Source: an uncultured delta proteobacterium
Lineage (GTDB): Bacteria; Myxococcota; UBA727; VGSZ01
Length of the DNA: 64,000 bases
Reading direction: 5' to 3'
NCBI GenBank assembly: GCA_963775425.1
Contig: CAVZJB010000011.1
Location: 96,001 to 160,000, forward strand
Below are positions 52,741 to 62,629 of this stretch, piece by piece (position 1 is the stretch's first letter; every line of letters starts with the position of its first letter). The translations under genes were made by a program, and so were the position numbers. Below the pieces are notes generated by a model that searched no databases, had not been told where the DNA came from, and saw only the letters and a program-made list of their open reading frames with translations.

Positions 52741-53688
52741 ATGCGAGCGATGCAGTACCCCGCCTACGGAACGCCGCCTTCGCTGGTGGACCTGCCGGTG
52801 CCGACCGCGGGCGCCGACGAGGTGCTCGTCCGCGTCATGGCGGCGAGCGTGAATCCCGTCGACTGGAAGATCGCGAGCGGCAAGCTCCGGCTGATCATGC
52901 GGAACCGGTTGCCGTGCGTCCCGCTCGCGGACGTCGCCGGCGTGGTGGAGTCCGTCGGCCCCGGGGTGACGACGTTTTCGCCCGGCGACCGCGTCCACGC
53001 CCGCATCGCCGGCAACAACCCCGGCGGCGCTGCGGAGTACGCGCTGGCGACGACGGCGGTGCTCGCGCACATGCCGGCGTCGATGGACTTCGCGACGGCG
53101 GCCGGGCTGCCGCTCGCGGGCATGACGGCGTTGCAAGGGCTCAGGCGCGACGCGGGGCTCCCGATGGAGAACGCGAACGCGCGCGTGCTCGTCGTCGGCG
53201 CGTCCGGCGGCGTCGGGCACCTCGCCGTGCAGATCGCCGTCGCGGCCGGCGCCGAGGTGACCGGCGTCTGCAGCGGCAAGAACGCCGCGCTGGTGAAGGA
53301 GCTCGGCGCCCACGCGGTCATCGACTACACGAAGCCCGACGCGTTCAAGGGCGCCGCGCGCTGGGACGTGATCCTCGACTGCGTCGGCGGCAACCCGCTG
53401 CCCTGGCTCACGCGCACCACGCCGCGCGGCACCTACGCATCGACGTTCCCGGGAGCGCTCACGATGCTCAGGAGCGCGCTCGACCCCGTCACGCCCAGGA
53501 AGGTGAAGGCGGTCATGCTGAAGAGCAACGCCGCCGACCTCGCCTTCCTCGACGAGCTCTACGCCGCCGGCAAGCTCAAGGTCGTCGTCGACAGCCGCTT
53601 CCCCCTCGAAGACCTGAACGCCGCCTGGGACCGCTCGCGCAGCGGGCGCAGCGCCGGCAAGATCATCGTCGACGTCGCCCCCGCGTAG
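52741..53688 (+). CDS. NADPH-dependent MDR-family (quinone) oxidoreductase
   Basis: AASVNPVDWK, VGASGGVG, GKIIV; no zinc ligands. Confidence 0.9.
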   Translation: MRAMQYPAYGTPPSLVDLPVPTAGADEVLVRVMAASVNPVDWKIASGKLRLIMRNRLPCVPLADVAGVVESVGPGVTTFSPGDRVHARIAGNNPGGAAEYALATTAVLAHMPASMDFATAAGLPLAGMTALQGLRRDAGLPMENANARVLVVGASGGVGHLAVQIAVAAGAEVTGVCSGKNAALVKELGAHAVIDYTKPDAFKGAARWDVILDCVGGNPLPWLTRTTPRGTYASTFPGALTMLRSALDPVTPRKVKAVMLKSNAADLAFLDELYAAGKLKVVVDSRFPLEDLNAAWDRSRSGRSAGKIIVDVAPA

Positions 53689-53716
53689 CGCGGCCGTCGA
53701 CGAGAGCGGCCGCGCA

Positions 53717-53823
53717 CTAGACGGGGGCGTGGATCTCGGGGGCAGGGCGGGCGATGTCTTCGAGGACGCGCTCGATGGCGTCGACGGACTTCTTGGCGTC
53801 GCCGTAGAGCATGCGCGTGTGAC
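53717..53823 (-). pseudogene. pntB: C-terminal remnant of NAD(P) transhydrogenase beta subunit
   Basis: HTRMLYGDAKKSVDAI matches the PntB terminal TxMLFGDAK motif; the rest of the gene is absent. Confidence 0.6.
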
Positions 53824-54011
53824 CGATAAGACATTCAAAGGCCCACATTCCTCGGCGAGCATCCCATGCCGGCTCCAGCGGCAGCAAGGTTGGGCACTCG
53901 CGCGAGCTCGCGCAGGCACAAGGACAGCTCGCTTTTTCACCAGCTCCTTCCCTGTCATCCTTGTGGGGCGCGTCGGGCGGCACCGGCAACGTCCGCACCT
54001 GGCCTTCCGAC

Positions 54012-54035
54012 GCGGGGGACAAGCCCCCGCCCTAC
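54012..54035 (-). repeat. GTAG-type REP-like palindrome
   Basis: GTAGG-GCGGGGG-CTTGT-CCCCCGC. Confidence 0.6.
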
Positions 54036-54040
54036 GGGGC

Positions 54041-54271
54041 GTCGACGCAGCCGACGTCGAGCCCCGCCGGGTCGTCGACGCAGCCGACGTCGAGCCCCGC
54101 CGGGTCGTCGACGCAGCCGACGTCGAGCCCCGCCGGGGCGTCGACGCAGCCGACGTCGAGCCCCGCCGGGTCGTCGACGCAGCCGACGTCGAGCCCCGCC
54201 TCGTCGTCGACGCAGCCGACGTCGAGCCCCGCCGGGTCGTCGACGCAGCCGACGTCGAGCCCCGCCGGCTC
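54041..54271. repeat. Tandem array, 7 x 33 bp
   Basis: Unit GTCGACGCAGCCGACGTCGAGCCCCGCC+5 nt (GGGTC, GGGGC, TCGTC or GGCTC) at 54041, 54074, 54107, 54140, 54173, 54206 and 54239. Confidence 0.95.
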
Positions 54272-54343
54272 GTCCCATTGCGCGTCTCCCTCTGAGCTCC
54301 GCGGCGTTACGACATTCACGGTGGCGTCCAGTACACTCGGGTG

Positions 54344-55978
54344 ATGCCGCACGAGCCCGGGTCGGTCATTCACGAGCGTTACGTCGTCCGCGAGGTGCTC
54401 GGCGACGGCGGGTTCGCCACCACGTACCGGTGCGACGACACGTCGAGCGGCGCCGCCGTCGCGCTGAAGGAGCTGCACCTCCATCGCGTCGACGACTGGA
54501 AGAGCGTGGAGCTGTTCGAGCGCGAGGCCGGGCTGCTCGCCGCCCTCGCGCACCCCGGCATCCCGGCGTTCGTCGACTCCTTCCGCGAGGAGGAGGACGG
54601 CAAGCCGCGCTCCTTCTGCCTCGTGCAGACGCTCGCCGACGGCGCGTCGCTCCAGCAGCGGCTGCGCGCGGGCGAGCTGTTCGACGAGGCCCGCGCGCGC
54701 GACATCGCCGGGCAGGTGCTGCGGATCCTCGCGTATCTGCACGGCCTGTCGCCGCCGGTCACCCACCGCGACGTCAAGCCCGCCAACATCGTGCTCGACG
54801 ACGCAGGACGCGTGCAGCTCGTCGACTTCGGCGCCGTCCGCGTCTCCAGCGGAGAGACGGGCAGCACCGTCGCCGGGACGTTCGGCTACATGGCCCCCGA
54901 GCAGTTCCAGGGGCGCGCGAGCCCCGCGTCCGACGTCTACGCCCTCGCCGCCACGCTCGTGCACGTCCTGTCGGGCAAGGCGCCCGAGACCCTGCCGACG
55001 CGCCGGCTGCGCATCGACTTCCGCGCCGCCGTCAACGTCGGCGACGCGTTCGCGTCGTGGCTCGACGCGTGCCTCGAGCCCGTCGCCGAAGACCGCCCGC
55101 GCTCGGCGCGCGACGCGCTGGCGTTGCTCGACGAGCCCGCGCATCCCGGACTTCCCCGCCCCAACAGCCGGGGGGCGCGCCCACAGCCGCCGGCCCGGCG
55201 CGCCACACTCGCGGCCGCGCTCATCGGCGCCAGCGCCCTCTTCGCCGTGGGCGCCGGCGTCGCGGGCTTTGTGCTCTTCTCCCGCGCGCCGTCGCCGGCG
55301 GCCGTGCCCGCCCCGCAGCCCATCCCGCCGCCGCCCACGCCTGTCCCGCAGGCGCAGCCGCAGCGGGCGCGCCCCCCGGCGCCGGCGCCGATCCCGAACC
55401 GCGTGTGTACGCCGCTGCCCACCGGCAAGTGCCGCGTGCGTTGCAGCGTCGACGTCGTCGCCGGCACCACCGACTGCCCGCCGGCGGTGTTCTCCGCCAG
55501 GCGCCCGCTCGTGAACGGCCAGGGCGTGCTCGCGGCGCACCTCGCGGGGCGCCGGGGCCTCGAGCTCACCGCGCACATCTGCAACCCCAAGGGCTTCACG
55601 CTCCACGTCGCGGACTCGCCGAGCTGCAACGGCTACGGCGGCGACTTCGGCAGCAGCACGTGGGACGCCGAGCTCCAGCTCGCCGGCAGCGGCGTCGCGC
55701 TCTTCGGCAGCGACGCCGTCCACGGCGCCAAGCTCTACGCAGACCCCGCGTTCCTCAAGGCCACGGGGTGCCAGGACGTGAAGCTGTTCGTCGGCGACGG
55801 CACGGTGCTCGCCGAAGAGCCGTGCATGACGGTCTCGTCGGACAACGCGCTCCGCCTGAATCCCCCGAACGATCGCGAGGGCAAGCCGGACAGCGACTGG
55901 TACATCGGCATGAACCGCGTCGTCGGCGGCGGCCGCACGGGATTGGGGCTCGAGCGGCTGACGCTCTGCGTGCGTTGA
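54344..55978 (+). CDS. Hanks-type Ser/Thr protein kinase with TM helix and Cys-containing extracytoplasmic domain
   Basis: LGDGGFATTY, VALKEL, HRDVKPAN, DFG, GTFGYMAPE; TM helix followed by a Pro-rich linker. Confidence 0.95.
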   Translation: MPHEPGSVIHERYVVREVLGDGGFATTYRCDDTSSGAAVALKELHLHRVDDWKSVELFEREAGLLAALAHPGIPAFVDSFREEEDGKPRSFCLVQTLADGASLQQRLRAGELFDEARARDIAGQVLRILAYLHGLSPPVTHRDVKPANIVLDDAGRVQLVDFGAVRVSSGETGSTVAGTFGYMAPEQFQGRASPASDVYALAATLVHVLSGKAPETLPTRRLRIDFRAAVNVGDAFASWLDACLEPVAEDRPRSARDALALLDEPAHPGLPRPNSRGARPQPPARRATLAAALIGASALFAVGAGVAGFVLFSRAPSPAAVPAPQPIPPPPTPVPQAQPQRARPPAPAPIPNRVCTPLPTGKCRVRCSVDVVAGTTDCPPAVFSARRPLVNGQGVLAAHLAGRRGLELTAHICNPKGFTLHVADSPSCNGYGGDFGSSTWDAELQLAGSGVALFGSDAVHGAKLYADPAFLKATGCQDVKLFVGDGTVLAEEPCMTVSSDNALRLNPPNDREGKPDSDWYIGMNRVVGGGRTGLGLERLTLCVR

Positions 55979-55981
55979 GGC

Positions 55982-56377
55982 TCACGCGTCGTCGGAGGCG
56001 TGGAGCACCGGCGGCGCGCCGAAGCGCTCCTCGAACTCGAAGTACAAGCGCTCGAGGTGCACGCGCGCCGCGTCGCCGCCGGCGATGAAGCGGAACGCGA
56101 GCGCGCCCTGGCCGCGGGCGCCGGGCTCCTCGAGCTCGTCCGCGAACAGGCGGCGCAGGGCCTCCCGCGCCGAGCGCGCGGCATAGAAGGAGAAGACCAT
56201 CGCGCTCTTCCCCTTCGGATAGACGGCGAGCGACCTGTCGAGGCGCGACACCTGCACCGCCGCCGGCGCGTCCGGCGCGTGCTGCCCTGTGCCGGCGGCG
56301 TCGAGCGGGAACCACTCGGAGAAGCCGCGGGCGAGCGCGTCGTCGTCGCCGCCGCCGGGCCCGGTCGACGGGCTCAT
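55982..56377 (-). CDS. Hypothetical protein
   Basis: Coding-type GC3; YPKGKSAM..FEERFGAPP; family not recognised with confidence. Confidence 0.65.
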   Translation of the reverse strand: MSPSTGPGGGDDDALARGFSEWFPLDAAGTGQHAPDAPAAVQVSRLDRSLAVYPKGKSAMVFSFYAARSAREALRRLFADELEEPGARGQGALAFRFIAGGDAARVHLERLYFEFEERFGAPPVLHASDDA

Positions 56378-56725
56378 GGCGTCAACACCAGGGCGCCGGT
56401 GGTCTTTCTGCCCCCGAGGTCCTCGTGCGCGCGCGGGCGGCCTCGGCGAGCGGGTAGCGGCCGCCCACCGCGGGCGTCAAGGAGCCCTTCTCCACCGCGG
56501 CGAACGGCTTCTTCGACTGGTTCTTCCGCGGCATCGCCCCGCCGTGCTCGTTGTGCCGGCGCGAGCTCGTGCAGTGTGACTGCGCAGACTACGAAGACGA
56601 AGGGACGCCCGTCGCGCGCAGCCCCGCGTGGTGGCAGGACGTGTCGCGCGCCGGCCGCCGCGCCGACGACTTCGACGTCGAGCCCTGGGTGCAGCAGATC
56701 CTCGCCCACCGCGCCGATATGCGGC

Positions 56726-57748
56726 TCACGTCGCCGCCGCGCGCATGATCAGCTCGACCTCGTCGAGCCCCACGGACCGCTGCTCCAGCGATCCGCGCGT
56801 GTCGGTCGCGCGAAAGACGGGAGCGTCGAACGCGACGGCGACCATCGGGTTCTGCTTCGTCGCTTCGGCCGCAAAGCCGCGCATCGCGTCCTCGAGCGCC
56901 GCGAAGCCCCGCGCGCGCTCCCAGAACGAGGCGCCGGCGTCGAGGGGCATGCGCAGCAGCGCGCGCACCGTGGACCGCGCGTCGCCCTGCGCCGGCGGGG
57001 CAGGAGCCGCAGCCGGCGACGGAGCCGGCGCGGGCCGCTCGGCGTCGACCGCCGGCTCCGTCGCCGGTCGAACGGCGTCGACCGCCGGCGTGGTCACCAG
57101 CCGAAGCCGCCGCGTCGCGAACACCTCGGCCTCGAGCTCGGCGGCGTCCACCACGCGCCGCATCGCGCCGAGCGCGTCGTCGAGCGCGCCCGGGTCGCCC
57201 GAATGCGCGACCTCGTCGATGCGCGCCTTTGCTTCCGCGCGCTTCATGCGCGCGCTCAGGAGACCCTTCTCGCGCTTGGCCGCTTCGATTCGGGAGCTCA
57301 GCTCGAGCAGCGCGGCCTTGAGCTCCTCGACGGCGGCCCTCTGCTCCGTCCACTCCTTCTCGAAGGCGGCAGCGCGCCGCGCGTGCTCGCTCCCCTCCGC
57401 CGTGAGCCCGCGTTCGGTCTCGACCTGCTTCAGCAAGCGCTTCTCATCGGCGATGGCCACGGCGACCTGCTTCTTCGCGGCGACGAGCCGGCCCTGCATG
57501 TCGAGGAGCACGAGGTCCAACGCGCGCTCCGCGGCGCTCGCCGGCGTGTCGGTCGGGGACGACGCGGCGAAGTCCAGGGGCGTCACCGTCGCGCCGGGGG
57601 GCACGAGCTCGGCGAGCCGCCGGACCGCACGCTCGAACAGCAGCACGGCGGCGAGATGCGACCCGGCACCCTGGACGTGCAGGGTCACGCCGACCTCGAC
57701 GAGGTCCGGCCGAACGCGGAGGCTCACCGTGGGGTTTCCGCCGGTCAT
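56726..57748 (-). CDS. Protein containing a PspA/IM30-like coiled coil (start approximate)
   Basis: LDMQGRLVAAKKQVAVAIADEKRL..IEAAKREKGLLSARMKRAEA. Confidence 0.72.
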   Translation of the reverse strand: MTGGNPTVSLRVRPDLVEVGVTLHVQGAGSHLAAVLLFERAVRRLAELVPPGATVTPLDFAASSPTDTPASAAERALDLVLLDMQGRLVAAKKQVAVAIADEKRLLKQVETERGLTAEGSEHARRAAAFEKEWTEQRAAVEELKAALLELSSRIEAAKREKGLLSARMKRAEAKARIDEVAHSGDPGALDDALGAMRRVVDAAELEAEVFATRRLRLVTTPAVDAVRPATEPAVDAERPAPAPSPAAAPAPPAQGDARSTVRALLRMPLDAGASFWERARGFAALEDAMRGFAAEATKQNPMVAVAFDAPVFRATDTRGSLEQRSVGLDEVELIMRAAAT

Positions 57749-57828
57749 CCGGCGCAGCCTACGCGCGCGCGGCGCGGCGCAAAAGGCGCGCGTGGCAGCG
57801 GGGCCGGGCCTTGTGCATGATGCGCCGC

Positions 57829-57882
57829 ATGAAGACACGCGCCGCCGTCGCCTATGAACCGAAGAAGCCGCTCGTCATCGAG
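57829..57882 (+). pseudogene. N-terminal remnant of a class III (FrmA/AdhC-like) alcohol dehydrogenase
   Basis: MKTRAAVAYEPKKPLVIE, followed by unrelated sequence. Confidence 0.6.
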
Positions 57883-58096
57883 GGCCGGACGGGCCAAAGG
57901 TGGCCGCGCTCCTCGCCGCCGGCGCCTATCGGTCGCTTGCGTCACAGGTCGACCGCGACATCGACTGGTGGGCCGCGCTCGTTCGCGCCGTGGACCGGTT
58001 GCCGCGTCCGCCCACCGAAGAAGAGCTCAGCCGCGCGGGGCTCTGAAAGCAGCATCGGCGACGGCGAGAGCCGACGAACGCGAGCGCCGCGCACGG

Positions 58097-59764
58097 TCAC
58101 GGGACGACCGGGATCGTGAGCACGGAGGCGCCCGTGCCCCAATGCACCGTCGCGTGCCCTCGACGGCTCGGTGCGTAACGAGCCGGGAAGTGTCCGAACA
58201 ACGGGTTCCCCGGCTCGAGCGAGCGCCCGGCGATCATCAAGCGCAGCTCGTCGCCGGCGCGGAACAAGGTGGCTGACGCGCTGAGCGGGATGTCCGCGTC
58301 GACGAGCTCCCCCGGTTTGAGCGGGTGCAGCTCGTCGAGGGACGCCTCCGCCTCGTGAGCGGGCCCCGTCGCGTCGAGCCGACGAAGCGCGAGGCGGAGC
58401 CGGCCGTCGGCGACCCGGTCGCGCCCGTAGCCGTAGGAGCCCTCGAACGGCACGTAGCGCCCGGCGCTCCACTTTTCGACGCCGATGAACAGGTGCGCGT
58501 CGTCGGCGCCGCCGAGAGCGACGCGCAGGCGCAGGTTCATCGGCCCGGTGACCTCCGTCTCGGCGTCGAAGCGATGCGTGAACACCAGGGACCGGCGGCG
58601 GAGACGGAAGGATGCGGAGCCCGGCGTGAGCGGCGGCGCCGTGGACAGCGCCCCACCGGCGGAGATGTACAGCGGGGTCCATCGCGTCCGTGCCAGCGGC
58701 CACTCGCTCTCGGACCGCACCGACGTCACCGTCCCCCGGTTCTCCCGCACCTCGACACGAACCCGCGGCAGCGCGGGCACGTCCAGTCCGCGCAGGTGCC
58801 GGTCGAAGAAGGCCGCCTGGGTGCGCTGCGCATCCTCGCTGTAGAACGTCGACCACTTCGAGCCTCGATGCGCGTACGCCGTGAGCTCCGATGACCCCGC
58901 TCGCTCGACGACCCGCCACGAGCCCTGGCTGTGCAGGTTGTGGTCCGAGAAGCTGGCGCACACGAGCACCGGCACCTCGATTCGCGCCAGGTCCGGCACC
59001 AGCGACCTCCACCATGCGTCGCGCAGCGGGTGGCGCCGGCGTTCGGCCCCGATGTCGCTCGACAAGCGCGCGGTGCGTCGAGTGATTGTCGCCCAGATCA
59101 CCGAGAAGCCTCGCTCGGGGACGCCGCCGGGGGTCATGAAGTCCCGATAGGCGTCGGTGAACCCCTCCCACGGACAGATGGCGGCGAGGTGCGGCGGTTG
59201 CAGCGCCGCCACCTTGTATTGCGAGATGGCCAGGTACGAGACGCCGAGCATCCCGACGCGACCGTTGGACCAGGGCTGCGTCCCGGCCCACTCGATCAAG
59301 TCGTACGCGTCCTGCGCCTCCTGATCCGAGAACAGCGAGCCGACACCCTCCGACGTCCCCGCGCCGCGCGCGTCGGCGTTGACGACGACGTAGCCGCGGG
59401 CGACCCACGCGACGGGGTCCGGCGCCTCCCACCCGGTCTCGCTCGAGATCCGGTAGGGCTCGGACTGATTCATGATCCGGAATTGGAAGCTCAATCGCCA
59501 GCCTCTCCTCGTCCGGCGGGGCAGAGCGTCTTTGCCGTACGGATGGATCGACACGATCACGGGGAACGGCCCGTCACCGGGCGGGCGGTAGACGTTGGCG
59601 CGCAGCATGGTTCCGTCGCGCATGCGCAGCGGGACGTCATGCTCCTTGATCAGGTCCGGCGGCGCCGCAACGACGGTGACCGGTGGCCACAGGAAATTCC
59701 GGATCCGACGGAGCGCGTAGGCGAAGCGGCCGGGACGCACCCAGGGCCGATCGTGGACAGTCAT
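58097..59764 (-). CDS. CocE/NonD-family serine hydrolase (peptidase S15)
   Basis: MRDGTMLRANVYRP, PYGK, DARGAGTSEG, WSNGRVGMLGVSYLA. Confidence 0.93.
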   Translation of the reverse strand: MTVHDRPWVRPGRFAYALRRIRNFLWPPVTVVAAPPDLIKEHDVPLRMRDGTMLRANVYRPPGDGPFPVIVSIHPYGKDALPRRTRRGWRLSFQFRIMNQSEPYRISSETGWEAPDPVAWVARGYVVVNADARGAGTSEGVGSLFSDQEAQDAYDLIEWAGTQPWSNGRVGMLGVSYLAISQYKVAALQPPHLAAICPWEGFTDAYRDFMTPGGVPERGFSVIWATITRRTARLSSDIGAERRRHPLRDAWWRSLVPDLARIEVPVLVCASFSDHNLHSQGSWRVVERAGSSELTAYAHRGSKWSTFYSEDAQRTQAAFFDRHLRGLDVPALPRVRVEVRENRGTVTSVRSESEWPLARTRWTPLYISAGGALSTAPPLTPGSASFRLRRRSLVFTHRFDAETEVTGPMNLRLRVALGGADDAHLFIGVEKWSAGRYVPFEGSYGYGRDRVADGRLRLALRRLDATGPAHEAEASLDELHPLKPGELVDADIPLSASATLFRAGDELRLMIAGRSLEPGNPLFGHFPARYAPSRRGHATVHWGTGASVLTIPVVP

Positions 59765-60081
59765 GACGGAGTCTCCCTGCTCCTGGGCGACATCCAACCG
59801 CAAAATTTCGACGACGTCACGCTCTCAGGCGGGCTTCGCATGACGCGCAGCCTCAACGAGTCGCGGCGACGGGCCCGGCGCGCGCGCGCCACCACGCCTG
59901 CGCCGCGTCGTTCAGCGCCGGCGCGTCGAGGTCGAGGTCGAGGTGCAGCGGCGCGTGCGCGAGCGGCTCGATCGCGCGCTTCATGTGTGCGAGCTCCTCT
60001 ACTTCCAGTCTGACCGCCAAAGCGCAGAAACGGTCAAACGCGCCCCCCGCGCCGACCCTAGGTTTGGTCGCGGAGGTCGTC

Positions 60082-61113
60082 GTGGTCCCTCAGCAGTGGT
60101 ACGCCATCTATCCCGCGCGCCGTGTCGGCAAGAAGCCGGTGGGGCTCACGCGCCTCGGCCAGAAGATCGTGCTGTGGCGCGACGGCGACGGTCGCCTCGT
60201 GTGCATGCCGGACCGATGCTGTCACCGCGCGGCGCAGCTCAGCTGCGGCCGCGTCGTCGACGGCTGCATCGAGTGCCCGTACCACGGCATGCGCTACGAC
60301 GGCGACGGCGCCGTCGTGAAGATCCCCGCGCTCGGGACGCGCCCCATCCCGCGGGTCTTCCACCTCGGGCCGCTGCCGTGCCGCGAGGAGCGTGGCCTCG
60401 TCTGGCTCTGGCACGGCGACGCGCGCGCGGACCTGCCGCCCATCCCGTGGGACGACGCGCTCGACGCGGAGCTGGCGCCTGGCCGCCACGCCGTCGACAT
60501 CGAGGATCAGTTCGACATCAACTACCTGCGGCTCATGGAGAACAGCACGGACCTCTTCCACGTGCCGTTCGTCCACCGCCGCACCATCCCGGTGGGCGAG
60601 GTGCTGGAGGACTTCGAGTGCACGTCCGACGGTGTGCACGTCCGCGTCAGCGGCCGCATGACCGACGGCAAGAGCCGCGGCCTCGTCGCCGCCGTCCACG
60701 TCGTGGTCCCCTCCTTGTTGATCATCACCGCGGGCAAGGTGCGCTTCCTCGCGATCGCCACGCCCATCGACGAGCACAACACGTGGGTGTTCGCCCGCTA
60801 CGTGCAGGACTACGTGCGGCTGCCCCTGATCGGCGGCTTCCTGAGCTGGCTGCTCGGCGTCTTCGACTACCGTCTCCTGCAGCGCTACCAGGACGCGCCC
60901 GTGTGGCGCACGCAGCAGCTCGACGACCCGGGGGATGTCGGGCACTACCAGCTGCTCGTGGGGGACGGCGGCGTCGCGTGCTACTTTCGCATCCGGCACC
61001 GCCTCTTGCAGGAGGCGCAGCACACGGACGGCGATGAACGCGACGACCGCGAAGGTCCAGCGAGCAATCGATCACATCGAAGCGAACCTCTTCGGTCCGC
61101 TGTCGCTCCTTGA
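60082..61113 (+). CDS. Rieske non-heme iron oxygenase alpha subunit (VanA/KshA-like)
   Basis: GGAGG RBS and GTG; CCHR..CPYHG Rieske motif; ENSTDLFHVPFVH iron motif; late QD. Confidence 0.9.
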   Translation: MVPQQWYAIYPARRVGKKPVGLTRLGQKIVLWRDGDGRLVCMPDRCCHRAAQLSCGRVVDGCIECPYHGMRYDGDGAVVKIPALGTRPIPRVFHLGPLPCREERGLVWLWHGDARADLPPIPWDDALDAELAPGRHAVDIEDQFDINYLRLMENSTDLFHVPFVHRRTIPVGEVLEDFECTSDGVHVRVSGRMTDGKSRGLVAAVHVVVPSLLIITAGKVRFLAIATPIDEHNTWVFARYVQDYVRLPLIGGFLSWLLGVFDYRLLQRYQDAPVWRTQQLDDPGDVGHYQLLVGDGGVACYFRIRHRLLQEAQHTDGDERDDREGPASNRSHRSEPLRSAVAP

Positions 61114-61889
61114 CGTCGCCGCCGCCGCGGGCCTCTCGCTCTACCACCTGCATCGCCTGTTCACGGCGTTCTTCGGCCACTCCATCAAGGGGTACGTGCG
61201 CAAGCGCCGCCTCACCCACGCGGCGACGCTCCTGCGCACCACGAAGCGGAGCGTCCTCGACATCGCCCTCGAGTCCGGCTTCGAGAGCCAGGCGTCGTTC
61301 ACGCGCGCGTTCCGCGCGATGTTCGGCGCGCCGCCGGCGGCGTACCGGGTGGGCAGAACGCGGCCCTGGTACCGCGGGCTCGAGCCGGCCACCGCCGCGT
61401 CGCTCGATCACCTGCGGGACAGCATGACCCATGAGCCCACCATCCGGCTCTTCGAGCGCGCGCTGGCGGTGCGCGGCTTTGCGGCGCCCATCGACCTCGA
61501 CGACGAGCTGCCGGTGATGGCGCTGTGGGGACGCGTGCACGAGGAGCTCGGGCCGCTCGCCGTGGGCACGAGCTGCTACGGCGTCGTCCTCACAAGCGGC
61601 GCCGGCGTGCCTCACGGGCCGGAGCACCCCATCGCGTACCTCGCCGGCGTCGACGCCACGCAGATGGACGTCGCGGCGGCGCCGCACGCCGGCGCGGTGC
61701 CGCCCGGGCCGTACGCGGTGTTCGAGCACCGCGGGCCGGTGACCCAGATCGGCGCCACCGTCGACTACGCCTGGGGCACATGGCTGCCGCGCAGCGGGCG
61801 CGTGAAGGCGGCGCGGCCCGACTTCGAGCGCTCGGTGTTCGGCGCTGCGCCGTTCGTCGTCGAGATTCTGGATCGCCGTGGAGCCGTGA
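61034..61889 (+). CDS. AraC-family regulator with GyrI-like effector domain; one extra T at 61866-61867
   Basis: AIDHIEANL..HLHRLF..GFESQASFTRAF; YAVFEHRG..WLPRSG. Removing one T gives the typical VEIWIAVEP* end. Confidence 0.85.
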
Positions 61890-61968
61890 CACGCTTGCGC
61901 GAAGCGCCTCGGGAGCTCGTTCATGGCGCCGCGGCAAAAGAGCGACGGCCCGCTGCAGCCGCGCCCTG

Positions 61969-62361
61969 TCATCGACGCGGTGACACCGCCGCCCGCAGCG
62001 AGGCTTCGACGAAGGCCTGGTACCGCTCGGCGGACCAACCCTGCTCCTGCACGAGGGTCCGGTAGACCTGCGGGTGGGAGACGGACCAGATGAGGGCCGC
62101 CAATCCCTCCTCGCCGAGGCCGGCGGCGACCTCGCCGCGGCCCGCGAGCTGCTGGGCGGCCCCGCCGTAGTTCTTGAGCCGCTGGTGCGCGCGGGTCCGC
62201 GCAAACGCCGCGATCTCCCCGTCGTGCCCGGCCGCCTCGTCCACCACGCGCCACAGAGCGGCCGTGCGCGCATGGACCTCGCTGAACCACGCGGCGAGCA
62301 CATGGATGGCGCCGGCGAGGTCCGGGGCCGCCGCCACGCGTTCCCGCATGAACTCCGGCAC
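61969..62361 (-). pseudogene. TetR-family ligand-binding domain lacking its HTH
   Basis: LIWSVSHPQVYRTLVQEQGWSAERYQ pattern; no N-terminal HTH in frame. Confidence 0.55.
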
Positions 62362-62629
62362 CGGACAGAGCGCGTGGCTGGAGTGCAGGTCGACGGACGC
62401 GTGCGCATGCCCAAGGTCGTCTGCGACGCCGTCCTCGTCTCGTGCGCGCGCGCCGCTCGCGGGCGGCGTCGGTGGAGCTGGCCTTCGTCAGCGCCCATGA
62501 CATGGCCGAGAAGATCGCGCGCATCCAGTTCCCCGGCTGACCGCCGCGCAAGCCGATTGCGTCCACATTGGTGCGTGCAATCGGGGTTCCGTCTCCGGTA
62601 GTTTGCAAGGCAAGATTCCTGGAGACGTC

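Noticed and set aside
54041-54271. CRISPR array
   Set aside because: The units are directly adjacent with only 5 semi-variable bases; there are no unique spacers and no cas genes in the window.
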